Source: Styela clava | Taxonomy: Eukaryota | Assembly: GCF_964204865.1 (NCBI RefSeq) | Contig: NC_135253.1 | Coordinates: 10,106,001-10,170,000 of the forward strand | DNA: 64,000 nucleotides | Direction: 5' to 3' | In this document: piece after piece, positions 27,905 through 41,315 of the stretch | Numbering within the stretch: the stretch's first letter is position 1 | Layout of the letters: every line of letters begins with the position of its first letter | The notes under the pieces: model-generated | What the model was told of the DNA's origin: nothing | The model's input: the letters and a program-made list of their open reading frames with translations, nothing else | The model's database searches: none | Made by a program: the position numbers and the translations under genes

Positions 27905-30900
27905 AATTGAATATTGTTTTTATTATTTGTGTACACCTAAAAAATATTTCAAGTGTAGGTTTTAGTGTTGTGTAGATTTACGTTAATATCAACAACATGT
28001 TCGATTCAATATCTTTATGTTCAGAATGTGTTTGTAAGATTATGTACATTTTGTACTTGATTGCATTCATGGTGAAATATAGTGTTCTGATAAACTAGTG
28101 CCTATTTTGCACAGGAAATTTATTACGTTTATTACTACTTGAAATCAATTTTGTAGACGAATAAACAATTAATACAAATGAATATCCACTCGACTCAGGG
28201 TGAGAAATAGCTCGTTTTTCTCCGGGTCCGATGAAGTGAGAAAAAATCATCATTTTACGAGTTGGGACATGAATTTAGCAAAGTTTCGTTGTTCGTTCGG
28301 TGTCTTTGAACAGCTGAATGTTTCTCAGAATTCATGGAAATACCATTTACGCCATTATGCTAATATATACGAAACAATGAACACCTCTAACCTGCGCGTC
28401 AATGCCATTTTTTTCCACAAGCTTCCCCTTTTACCCGCAGCTAATTTCCCGTAATAACGATATACTATTACTGAATAGAAGATAACTCGTGGCGTAGTTA
28501 CATATTGAATACGCCCAAAATCGACATTACTGTAGGGACGATAAAATTGCGACAGCCTCATAATACCGATGTACAATTACAATATATTACGTCTAATATT
28601 CAAATTGTTACAACGTGATGTTTAGCATGTCTTCTATGTACCATTTGTTTGTGAATCTACGTATCGTCCAAGGTAGATTGTTAGAGTTTACAACCATCAA
28701 ATAATAGCAGACATTTCCTTAAAGTTAATAACCTTTAAGTCAACGAGTTATTGTCAAATTGGCAGAAATATATTGTGCGATTACAAGAGTTGTTTATCTT
28801 GTTGTATCGTGACATATGAAACAGTCAATCATGCCGATAGTTGTGATATAAATCATAAATACTCGCTAAATATTTTTCTGTCTTTCTAAACATCACAATG
28901 AGTAAATAAGTGTTTCATAATCAGATCAATATGGCCAATAAAATCAATGCGTATACTTCAATTTCATAATTGGCAATACACTTAAAAGGTTCATAATAAT
29001 TATACTGATTATTTTGGGTGAAGACATAAGAACATAATTCAATTCTTACATCATTATATCATTGCGTGCAGCAAGGGAATTTTCAAATTTTTGACAAATT
29101 GTAAATTTATAAACAATTCATCTCATAGCAACAACAAAATATTAGTTTTGGCCTGATGACAGTTTATGCCACAATTCTGATTCAGAAATTCTAATGAATA
29201 GGGAATTGCTTCATTAAAAAGCAATATTGTACAGTTGGAAGAAACCATCATGTTGTTTTTATTTCTTATATACTTTATAGGATTTTCTAAATATAAATAT
29301 TCATTTTAAAAAATTCGATCGTGACGTGCAAATATATTTTATTGTGTTATAATTCAAAATGAGCAATCAATATTCATTACCTGCACGCAAATAAAAAAAA
29401 AAAGTAAATATAGAATCATATAAAAACATTGATTTAATTCTTGCTATCGTAATTATGTCATGCGAAACATTGATTAAATGGAATTCGCTGTTTCCAACAA
29501 CAATCGCGAATCATCGAACAATTGAACATCAGCTAAATGTATTTTGACTTCCTAGTAATTATAGCAATTTATTATTCTTTCTGACACATTCCCAAAGAAA
29601 AAGTAATCTTTCATAAGCCAGTAAATTGCCAAACAATTGTAACTTTGAAAATTTTCTTTTCAAGGGTAATCTGTGATTAATTGTCAGACAGGTTTGGGGG
29701 AAAGAGCATACGCATTCTCTTGACGTACCCGGAACGCCAAACAAAATTTGTCAAATTAGCATGATTTTGTAATAAAAAAAAGAACAATATCTATTGAACG
29801 AGATGTGTTATTTCTTTTAAATACAGTATTTAAACACGTTTCCTAAATTTAAAAAAATTTCAGAGTTACGCCCGATGGAAAAAAAGATGTCGACCCCAGA
29901 AGCGTAACAGAATATTTCATCGCAGTTGACCCAGGAATCTACAGACTAGACAAATCATCTGGTTAGTATATTTAACAAGTAAGAATAGTGATGTTCTACA
30001 ACCCAATAGTCTTGAAAAAAAATTTAATTTGTTTAGAATTACAATGGATTAACACGAAGATTTTGGAACAAATTATGACGAAAGAGAGAATGACTTCTTA
30101 TGTGAACGGTAGAGACTTCAAGATGAATATATTATTTCAAACTTTTTATATTTTGTTATCTGTAATTTTTATCAAAAGAAATCAAGACAAAAAAATCGTA
30201 AAACGCGTGTTGAAAGCTGTTCTCGTCATTCTTTTATTTCATTCATCTAATTATCATGCTTTTCCAAATATAACTTTTGTCGTTGAATATTCTATATCTA
30301 AAATTTCTTTTATTTTCCAGCTATTTCAGATCATTACACAAATGATTTTGCCATAACGACTAACTATAAAAATTTCCTCATGATAAGCCAATACAATCGC
30401 GAAGGTGAGTCAAAACATACTGATGAAATTTTTCGCGAATGTGAATTGCGGGTTCCAATGTTCCAATCGTTTGAATGGCTATAATTAGCTTTGACCACCC
30501 GAAAGACGTTTTACATTCCCAGACATTTTCCAATGAAAATCTTTGTGTTAATCAGTTTCTTACCATATATTACAGGGAAGTACTCTGTTTGGGTTTACAC
30601 AAAAACACTGAATCCCGACGAAGAAGTGAAGACAGACGTTGAAAATAACATGACACACAGAAGAATCAACGCTGAGTTGCAGAAGAATGACGCTTGTGTT
30701 ACCACTATCAACTGTATTTTTGAGCAAGGATCTGGGCCGAAATAAAATTGAACATTGTTTTTATTATTTGTGTACACTTACAATATATTTCATGTGTAGC
30801 TTTTAATGTTGTGTAGAATTCAGTTTGATTTAGAATGTGTTGACTTGCATTGTGTACATTTTGTGTCTGATTGCTTTCATGATGAAATATAGTGTCCTAA

Positions 30901-32055
30901 TAAACTGATAACTATTTTGCACAAGGAATTTAATACGTTTGTTACAGCTTGAAATTGTTTTTCCATAGATTAAAGAATTATTACAAATGAATATCCACCC
31001 GACTCAGAGTGAGGGATAGCTTGTTTTTCTCCGGGTATGATATAGTGAGGACAAATCATCATTTTCCTAATCGTGACATCAATTTAGCGTCAGTTTCATT
31101 GTCTGTTTGTTATCTTAAATCATACCGGCAGTTGTGATATAAATCATAAATACTCGCCAAATGTTTATTTGTCTTTCTAAACATCACACTGAGTGAAGAA
31201 GTGTTTCATCATCAAATCAATATGGCCAATAAAATGTATATATATATATATATTGCTATATTTAGTAAAACACGGAGAAGGTTCATAATAATTCTACTGA
31301 TTCTTTTGGGTGAGGACACAAGAACATTAATCAATTCTTACATCATTATATCATTGCGTGCAAAAGGGTAACTTTTCGGATTTTTGACAAATTGTTAATT
31401 TATAAACAATTCATCTCACAGCAACATTGAAATATTAGTTTTTGACCTGATGACGGTTTATGCCACAATTTATTCAAATGCGAAAAATATGTTTTTGTGC
31501 AAAAAAAATTACTGTCTTCTGATTCCCGAACATAACACAAAACAAGATCATACAGGAAATATTATTCAACATTTCATTTAGAAATTCTAATGAATATGGA
31601 ATCGTCATTGCTTCATTGAACTGCAATATTGTGCAGTTGGAAATAACCATCATATTGTTTTTATGTCATTTATACCTCATAGAATTTTCTAAATTTGAGC
31701 GTGACTTGCAAATATATTTTTTGTGTTATAATTCAAAAAGAGTAATGGGTGTTCACTGCCTGCACACAAACAAAAAAGGTAATTATATATATATATATAT
31801 ATAGAATCATATAAAAACATTGATTTAATTCTTGCTATCGTAATTAAGTCAATATTGTTGTTGATTTATTGTGCTGTGGTACAGAAATATTTTAGTCTGC
31901 AAATCCATTGAATAAAAGAGAATTCGCTGTTTCTAACGACAATCGTGAATCATTGAACGTCAGCTAAAAGTATTTTGACTCCCTCCCAAGAGTAATCTGT
32001 GATTAGTTGTCAGACAGATTTGAAAAAAAAATGAGGATACGCGTTCCCTTGACGT
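26907..32055 (+). repeat. Tandem segmental duplication (26907-29725 copied to 29726-32055) with its breakpoint in intron 2 of lipocalin B
   Basis: The junction ...ttgacg/tacccggaacg joins the end of the unit (cf. 32041-32055) to intron-2 sequence tacccgaaacg at 26907. The downstream intergenic sequences are collinear. Confidence 0.8.
29864..30745 (+). pseudogene. Lipocalin C: exons 3-6 only (half-gene or alternative 3' cassette of B)
   Basis: Exons 29864-29961, 30037-30108, 30321-30404 and 30576-30745 are open with canonical splice sites. No exon 1-2 or promoter lies upstream. Confidence 0.75.
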
Positions 32056-32569
32056 GACATCATAAAACATGCAGACCGATAATGCATTATTGACCTTCAC
32101 GTGGAAGTTTATTGTAATGGACATACATAATGCGTGACGTGGTGCGTGTTACCTGGACTTGCGTTGTACGTGACTGAAACGTGAGTTGTCAGCGTCATGT
32201 TATCGTCCTATGTTTTTTACGAAGAACAAATGACGTTGGCGTATGAAAATAAGTTTAAACATCATTTTTTGCGATTTGATCAAAATTGTCATTTATTTGT
32301 CAAAGTTCAAAACTCCCTACTCAATCAAGACGCGATTTTTTTTGAAAACTAATTCATAAAATTTTCATCAAACACATTGGAATTGGTTGGCGTGAACTTT
32401 TGGGTTAAAGCCAATGTGTCTACCAAGTCCGAATCGGGATCTAATAGATTTGTAAACAATATATTTTAAAACATTGACGTGAAAAATGACCAATTTTAAA
32501 AGGAAGAGGAATAGCGTGACTATTCTCAGTATAATAAATACATAATAAATATATTACTTAGTAATTCGT

Positions 32570-33555
32570 TTATTGGACACGTAGTGGACATAACGATCGT
32601 TTCAAAATTTTGTTGTTATTGTTATTTGTCTTCATCATTTTTAAAAAAATCGCTTTCTCTTCGAATTCTGGACCAATTGCTTTGAAATTTTCAGTGGTTG
32701 GAGATAAAAGTTTTCCCCAGAAGGCTATTACTTTTATTCATTTTAAATATTTCTGTTAGCTCTGTGAGATTTGTTTTTGTTTGCTATGACGTCATTAAAC
32801 GTTCTGCGGACATCGGACGCCATTTTGTGTCCTACTGTACTGCTTCGCTTGGTGTGAATATATTTGTAGACTGTGATCTGACGGTACGGTAAACCGTACT
32901 GTACTGCGAACAGACGTGATTTTAAATTTCTGGGATCAATTTGTTTCAAAGAGAATTTTCTGGAGACAAGGAACTCACTCAGAAATGAAAAAGACTCATA
33001 TCCAAGCAGTACCACAGAAATGGTACCATTTACTGCATAAATATATGGAATGTTCGTTTAAAGATCTAATTATAATAGTTATACAGCTCAGTAGGATAGC
33101 CAGTATGCGAACTGTAAAAGAAAATAAATATAAACCTGATTCCGGGTAATTACTGAACACTGCAACAAGTTTGAAAATTAAATTAGTTGTTTTCAAAACG
33201 ACTCAGGGATGTTGGAAAAGCATTTTTGAACTGTGTGAATTTTTGCGTTACTGTATTTATGAACATCCAACATCAGATTTCACCCAATAAATACCTTCAT
33301 TTTTATTTCAAACTCATACTTGTGGCTGTTACATTCTACTTGCGTGTACTCCAATTTTCAATTTCATTCCCGTTTAGTTAAGCTTACGGTATGTAAAAAA
33401 AAAAAATTGGGATTTCTAAAATCTATAAATCAAAAAAAATTTATTGTTACGAATTTTTCATCGAAATTCCTAAAATAGAATTGGTGTCTCTGTACTAGGA
33501 ATTCAACATTAAATATCGCCGAATCGTGTCAAGGCCTAGACAGCTATGCGCTTTT
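32570..33555 (+). mobile_element. Interspersed repeat, probably a Helentron-type non-autonomous element
   Basis: The first ~180 bp (tattggacacgtagtggacataacgatcg...agaaggctattactttta) recurs at 59749-59930. A candidate 3' subTIR cgtgtca and weak hairpin lie near 33526-33555; the 3' boundary is uncertain. Confidence 0.55.
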
Positions 33556-34365
33556 CGATGAGTGAAAGCTATAGACTTGGACTAAGTATTCCCAATTAGA
33601 TATTATATCCGCCCATTTTACCATTTCGTTCATGATCATGAATGTGCTGATTTGTATTATTTCCAATAGTTCATGTTTCGTTCTACCCCAAACTAACCGA
33701 TTTAACGTAAATGAACTTAAATAAGTATGCAAATTTATGTATCAAATGGCTGGTTTTGATGTTAATATTGACTTCGGTGAATATAGATACACCTGACAAT
33801 ATCTATAACTATGTTTACCTTTTCGTTACGAAAATGGAATTTCGTATTCACATAAATATTTAAAATTTATTAACATCGTGATCTTAATTTTAGAAATATA
33901 CTAATTTGGAACCCAAAATTGTATGTGTTCAGTTGTTATGTTTTTGAACCTGAATATTGCACTACGTGTTTGGTTAATGGCAAAACACTCCTGAAATAAT
34001 GCTGCGAGAACTCTGTTGAGAACAGTCATATTTAACAAATAAGAAGGCGAACTTCTGGCCCTATTCGTATTATATGGGCGATTGTTGGATTTTGAAAAAT
34101 CGTCAGTGTACTACTAATGGCATAAACAGTTGTGGTAAACGTGGAAACAATGTAGGTTACGTCGAATGCAGCATTTATCTACAAATGTATGTGAGGAGGA
34201 GAAATCAAACTGGTAAAAATTCAAGAAATCAAACAATGAGATACAGTCGACAGCTCTATTCAGCCAATATTGAAACGATGTGAGACAACTGACCCCCCCA
34301 TAAGCAGGACGAGCAATAAATGATCTTGGCATATATTGTCAAACATCTAATAATACAGAGAATAC

Positions 34366-34439
34366 AAAGCAAAATTCCTCCCAAAAAATGGGAAAATTCC
34401 TCGCTAGGAAGGAATTCCCTCCTCTGTGGGGAAACACTG
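34366..34439. mobile_element. Orphan hAT terminus
   Basis: aaaattcctc motifs end in ggggaaacactg, similar to the terminus at 1461-1473. No partner end or TSD was found. Confidence 0.4.
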
Positions 34440-35788
34440 CATTGATCAGGCAACTAAAGATATCCGCTTGAGACTTTATATTTGGTACCATTGACTTGTT
34501 GGGAATATATATATTATATCTTGAATAAACAATCAAAATTATTTTTTATTCATGGTAATCTTATCATTCGGTACTTTGGAAATTGTACAAATTACATGGC
34601 TGTCAGCAACTTTCATCAGCACAATTAGACTGTGCGTCTTCGACATGTAAACGTGGTCAGAGGCGGATGTTTTCACTCGTTGTGGTATACATATATATAT
34701 ATATATATTTTGTACCTAACTGAAAAAATCCTCATTTCTAGTACTGTAATATTCAACTACGTATATATTAGGTATCTAGGGATTTAATTTGAATGATGGT
34801 TTGAAACCCCTGATATAAAATTTGTTCAAGTAGATTCGTTATTTTGTATCATTTCTTCAAAATTCAAACCTGCTCTCTATACGTGGGAATCCGTGTACAG
34901 AAGATATCATTCAAGTGGCGATTTAGGCTACGTAGCTATCCTAATTCCTAACTGGTATTGCTATGTAAAAAACAGGAGTAAGTAGTCCCTCGCCCTGCTG
35001 TGTTTTCTTCGCTTCTATCACATATATATGACTGTGCGTTAGTCAGAAGCTGAACATACAACGAAAACAAGCCACTCAAAAGCCTATACTTTCATTTTTT
35101 ATTTCAAGCTTCCTTTGGGTCTCATGGTACTCGGATATTTCACCCAAAATTTTTCTGTTTTCTTTTAATTCACTAAAACGCTTGTTTATAAAAATGTGGG
35201 AACATTTGCGCTTGTTCACCGATCTCAAAGCAAATACGGTACCCAACTAAGAACTTATTGTACCTGCACCGATGCGCGACCTTCTTATGCATATAACTCG
35301 GCATTGCAATTTCTAGTGAAATTACGCCTGAAGTATTGTTAACTGGATGGGATTTAAACCAAAGGATATGACGTTTTTCAAAAACACTCGGTGTTATAAA
35401 TTAAAAAAATTGGGGGTCAAATTGTTTTTAAGAAAACAAAATATCAATTTTATACGGGTCTTCAATAATTTTGATGGCGTCTCCGAAGACGATTATTTCC
35501 GCGGCGTTCATGGCGTCAAGTTTTATTAACTTTTTCTGCGGATATACTGCACATCCAGTTCACTATCAGATTCACTTTCTTTTTATCAGAGTCTAGCATA
35601 TCGTTCACGACAAAATATTTTTAAATGACAATTTTATTCTCATTTTTAAATCCACGTTCAGGTAGAAATCGTAATTCATATTTCCATAGTAAAAGTCCGA
35701 AACGGGGAAAAAACATTCCCAAGCAATTATATAAACAATGATAAAATAATACAGAAATACTAATTCTATATTGACATGAATTTAAAAG

Positions 35789-38271
35789 CTATTTCTTGAT
35801 TCCGTTGGCTTTTTCGTAAATGTAAGTCAAAGAATCGAAGCAAGCTCCGTTTCTTTGGAGATCTACATCAATACGTTTTGTTGCCAAATGATCTCGAATA
35901 TAGGCGGTCTCCTCTTCCGTGGGATTCGGATTTGTGGTGTAAACCCAAACTGAGCTTTGGTTCGCTGCAAAAAGTCGAACGTAATTGTTATATAGTTATT
36001 ATTCAATGTATATTTATGGTAGAACACCAATGCCAACGCTACCTTATTTGTCAAATAAACTTCTCAAGGGCTTCACCACCACATTCAAACAAAAACCAAT
36101 AGTCAATTTTACCTATGGAATTCTTTATGAAATGTTACATGACATAACACTGGTTTTATAATCATATTAAACCGATTGAATTTTTTTTAATATGGTACAA
36201 TTGGATGTAGATTCATTATGCCGCACTGACTTTGTATGTTTCACAATGTGGAATAGTGTAATTTTGATTTAGATTTGTAATGTGGTTAAAAAGTGGTACG
36301 AGGATTATTGAAAATATTGCAAGTCAAGCATTGCGTTGCAAGCATTTTCATGATCATGAACCTATGTATTAATAGAAAATAGAATGTATATTAAACCGAC
36401 AGAACCTACTATGTGTACAATTGAAACTTAATGACTGTACTTTATAATGTAATATAATATATTCGAGAATCGCCTTACCCGAGCAATCACATTGATGGAT
36501 CACGAAGAAGCCTTTTCCGGTGGTAATTTGGAAATTGTTAGTGTAATGCTTGGAGATTGCTGTGAACGTAAAATAAATTCCATATTTCGTAATTATTCAG
36601 TTCGTCAAATATGCAGAAAATTTATGCAACATTTTATTGGAATATAGCATATTCCGATTTATTGCAGTAATCAGTAGTTTATTTTTTCACCACACATGAA
36701 ATACACTAAATGCATACAGAATGTAAAAGGAAGCAAAAACGGATGATTCGAGGTGAAAGGAGTCGCGAAAACCAATTGCAATAGCCTTACTGCCTGGAGG
36801 AAAATACCTGGTTTTGTGGAAAGCCATACATGGGAATAAAATTACTTTGTTATCGAATGTGGTTGTTATTTGAGCGGGGTGTGAGTAATACTTGATATTT
36901 ATGCAGAAAAATATCAAGCGTTCAAATATTTCCCTTCGATCAAGTATGAGCTACCAATGACTGTACACAAGCTATGCTAACTCAAGATAGATCCCCCATT
37001 GCTTTAAATTTTATACAGCGCTAAACAATTCTTTGTTATTGAAAAATATTCGTCAAAAGATTACCGTTCATGAAGGAAGCAATCCTGTTTTTGGGCATCA
37101 GTTTTTCTAATTCGTGAATGTCCATCCATTTTAGTTCTGAAAACAAAGGGCAACTTAAATATATTTCCGTCATTTTTAGATTCACCCTGCGATTAATAAA
37201 AAATAATGAGTAATAATGAACTTACGAGACGAAGGATCGAGCTTATAAACACCAGGATCCAAGCTTGTGAAAAACTCAGGAACACTTGCCAATACTTGTT
37301 CTCCTCCCATGTTTGCAGTTCTGTAAACAATTCAATGTAAAATTATAATACGAACTAAAACTTTGGATAATAACATTTGATATCCCAAATAGAAAACTTT
37401 AAATGGTATGTATATATATATACGAATTTCGCCTAGGAAAAAATATCATACATTTTACCATCGTACATCGTAGATACTAGTTATAAAATTGCATGTGTAG
37501 TCACCGTCACTTAGAACACATTTCATTGCGCTGGGTGTTGGTTACAAAGCTCTAACCCAGAACGTAGTAGTAGCTTTAGTTTTTGTGTCCCCTTTGTATC
37601 ATTCGTTTGTAAGTGCTTGCGGCTTGGTCTTAAGCACAATACTATTATATGTCACTCAATGTTATTGAAAATGCGATCAACGCATGCAACGGGTTAATAA
37701 ATATCGTACGTTTCAGGCATAACGTTTCTGACGACAGCAACTCCATCGTAACCCTTTGTACCGGCTATCACCATGCTGTTACAGAGTCCTTCAAGCTGAA
37801 TCGGATCGCCTCTGTGACTGAAGGTGTTGTACCACATGCCAGAAAGCTGAAAAAGAATTTAATACAAAATTATTATTATTATCAGTTTATACGCGATTTA
37901 TTATAAGTAATTCGCAGAAATACATTTGTAATGGTTCTTTCCTTTTGTACGGCGTGCTAATAATTTGCAATCGCAGTTGGCCGTTTATCCACGTAAAAAA
38001 TATTGAATATCAATTGGTAGCCTATGTTACATAAGATATTTTAGTCAATTTATAATTACATCAGAACAAAATAAACTGTATTTCACCGCAGATAGCAATT
38101 CTATAATTCTTGCAAAACACCTTTGGTTGTATTATAGTATTTTGAATACGTATATCTTACCCGTGTCCATTCAATAGGTCTCATTGGTAGTTTTCTGCAT
38201 TTAGCAGCCGCCGAAGTGGTCACAGCAATCGCGGCTAAGAGGAAAAGTAAACTTGAACCTGACATCACCAT
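35789..38271 (-). CDS. Secreted lipocalin-family protein D (more diverged paralogue)
   Basis: Exons 38271-38161, 37846-37710, 37320-37226, 37136-37065, 36559-36479, 35964-35789 with the same phases 0,2,1,1,1. Motifs IEWTRLSGMWYNTFSH, DPGVYKLD, VWVYTTNPNP. Confidence 0.85.
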
Positions 38272-39493
38272 TGTTACTTGTTTTCGTTGTTTTGTGCCAC
38301 GACATCGATTGTTCACGCTTATATATATATTCATATAGGTTACGGTGACGTAGTCAGGAAGCACAGAAGTTAAAGTGGACAATGCCAGATTGAGAAATAT
38401 TCTATTCAACGAAATTGGTCTGAAAGTTGTCTAAAGAATTTTTTTTCTGTCGTATACGTGACTGTGAATGATCAGAGTCGTAAGTGGAATACAGATTTTA
38501 AAATTCGTTTTAAATTTGAGTCTGTCTAAAATAGACTGACTGGTTTACTGATTACTACGATATCAGAAAAAAATCCAAAATTTGAATTTGTACATATAGC
38601 ATTCGCAACCAACGCTATTCAAGGCGTAATTTAATTATTTCAGCTTTTAAGCAATTCAGGATCTAAAAAAGTTCACAGTTCAACCCAAATTTGTATTAGG
38701 TTCCATGAGCAAAATAATGATGCACACTTGCAACTATTTTCAAATTGATATCATACAAACCAAAAGAACAACTTCTTAACATAATCGTAATTAAATTTTC
38801 ACACTCGAAATTACCCCGGATTGAAGAATAATCCAGAAGATGGAGTAATAACTCAAATGTAGGTGAAAACTTAGCTTTTAATAAGAGTTTGTAGGCCTAC
38901 GTGATTCGACAATATTAGACAAATTTTGAACCAGGAAATTTCCCATAGTTTTACTCGAATCAATAGACAACCACTGGCAACGTCGATGCCTTTTATACAT
39001 ATACTATAAAATTGAGGACATTACAACTCTTCTCTGGGTACAATGTTTACTGCTTTAAATAATTGCATTCCTCTAATGACTTCTTAAGGCGTCTTCTGAA
39101 GACGACGGTAATATGGAAAGATTAATCGTTTTTGTTGTCAATAACGCAACAGGAAACATTATTATTGAACGAAAAAAAAGTCAATATCAGTGTGTTTCTT
39201 GAGTAATCATCAAACATCTCGTCGAGTAAAATGCTTCATTAAGTTAAGAAAATTAACCTTGACTAATGTGTACCTTGCAAAAATTTCAATCAATCCACAT
39301 ATGTCGTCAATTCGATAAAATGTTAATACAAAAGTTATCACAAATTTCAACTCGATAGAAACAGAATTTAATGAAATTGATTAGTTTTACAGTAATGCCG
39401 TAACCGAAAAAAGTAGTAGTTCTTGTGCAAAGCAACAAATAAAATGTTCGGATCACAGTTAGGCTAACTGAAACTTACAATATTCGGACAATC

Positions 39494-40373
39494 ATGACAG
39501 AACAAAATCCATGGAGAAATTTAGTAGCTGGTGGCGTCGGTGGTGTAGCCACAGCTGTGAGCGGACATCCATTCGATACAGTTAAAGTTCGTTTGCAAAC
39601 CCATTCACTTCTCGGATCTACACAAATAACGTACAGAAACGCTTTAGACTGTTCAATCAAAACTTTGAAAGGAGAAGGAATAAGAGGTTTCTACAAAGGA
39701 CTGGGAGCACCAATCGCCATTGCTGCGCCCTCGTGGGCTTTGGGTTTTCTTGGTTACGAAATTGGAAAAGATGCTATTCGCTGGTATAGTGGGAATTATA
39801 CAAACAAGTTGTCTCTACTAGAAGTCTTTTTTGCTGGTGCACTGTCGGGTGCGTTTGCTGCAGCTGTTGTAGCTCCTGGAGAAAGAATGAAATGCATATT
39901 GCAAATACAGAGCGAGGTAACAAACAAAAAATATAGCGGGTTGTGGGACTGTTTCAAGACTCTATATCGCACAGGTGGGATAACGAGTATATATCGAGGC
40001 ATTATGTTGACTCTCTTCAGAGAAATTTTTGGAAACGGAGCTTTTTTCGCGACGGTTGAGTATATCAAACGTAAATTCCCAGAAGAAGAAACCTTGAACA
40101 TTCGAAATACAATTTTGGCTGCTGGTACTGGAGGAATGGTTTTCTGGGTAATTGGTATGCCGGTTGACGTTCTGAAGTCTAAATTTCAAACTGCACCAGA
40201 TGGTAAATACAACGCAATCGTAGACGTAGTAAAAGAAATTGCTCGCAATGATGGATTAATTAAAGGGGTTTTATAGAGGTTTTGGTCCGGCTATTTTGAG
40301 AGCATTTCCTTCCCATGCTTGTTGCTTCGTTGCATACGAACAAACTTTACGTTTGTTTGAAACACAATTTTGA
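39494..40373 (+). pseudogene. SLC25A20: Intronless mitochondrial carnitine/acylcarnitine carrier-like gene, frameshifted near its 3' end
   Basis: Three carrier signatures: PFDTVKVRLQ, PGERMKCILQ and PVDVLKSKFQ. The ORF stops at 40276, but FYRGFGPAILRAFPSHACCFVAYEQTLRLF continues in another frame to TGA at 40371-40373. It could be a functional gene with a sequence error. Confidence 0.8.
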
Positions 40374-40811
40374 AGAAAACAAAATAGGCCTAATGCATGT
40401 ATAGTATTTGTCATTGCACTTCAATTATATAAGCAAGTTTCGCCGGAGTAGGTCGCAGACATTTATCGAAACGCTATATGAGTAGACTTAATATATGATG
40501 TATATCTACGCACCTATCTTCCAACTTTTCAGATAACATGCTTTCTCAATCTTACTCCATTTTCACTGTTTATATAGAGATATTTAAATGTTTGCAAAAC
40601 TATAGGTCCTGTTTTTTTTTTTTTTCAAATAAACTGAATATATATTCTGAACTTAATAATGTATGCTGACAGGAAACTAAATAAATTTTCAAGCAGTTTC
40701 ACGAATAAATGAAATTTTTTATTATATATATTTCCAAATTTGGCGCGGTGTCGTCCGATGTTTTCGTTTTATCATTCCTCACAGCCGTCTTCTAGCGGAA
40801 GAATTTGGGAC

Positions 40812-41315
40812 ATAGACTATCTTGTGGGATTAGATAACTTAATGTCTTTATTATGTAGGAAATGTAATATGAAGACACGTAAACCAAAAATTCAAATTGT
40901 CTGTTCAAGTATGTATGTATTTTGCAATTTCTAATTTTAATAGAATAATGTATTCGCCGGTTTTTAGTTGTGTTTCACTAAATTTAGGTACACTGCAAAT
41001 AATTCATTGGTCATTTTTACTTCTTGGTAGTTTTAGGTAAGTTGCAGCAAATAAAAAATATAGTCCCGGACATTAGATAACCTAATGTCTTCATTATGTA
41101 GAAAAAGTAGGCTAATATAAAAACACTGTTGCCAAAAATTGATATAATGCTGGTAATCTATGTTGGTATTTATATATGTTGCAATATTTAATAGAATAAT
41201 GTGTTTCCAGTTTTTAGTGGTGTGTTCCGAAATTTAGGTATGCCAAATAATTAATGGGTCATTTTGTTTTCTCAGCGGTTTTTGTTTAGTTGCAACAATC
41301 AAGCAAGATATAGTC
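40812..41315. repeat. Diverged ~245-bp tandem duplication
   Basis: attagataac(t/c)taatgtctt...ttaatagaataatgt...aaatttaggta...gttgca occurs twice (~40829 and ~41072). Confidence 0.75.

Noticed and set aside
39796-40189. Antisense ORFs within SLC25A20, and similar ones inside CDC23 and MIOS
   Set aside because: They are shadow ORFs of real coding sequence.
40680-40740. Candidate Zisupton left terminus or TSD (tatatata tract matching 53681-53695)
   Set aside because: This is a low-complexity AT match, and no convincing 8-bp TSD could be fixed.
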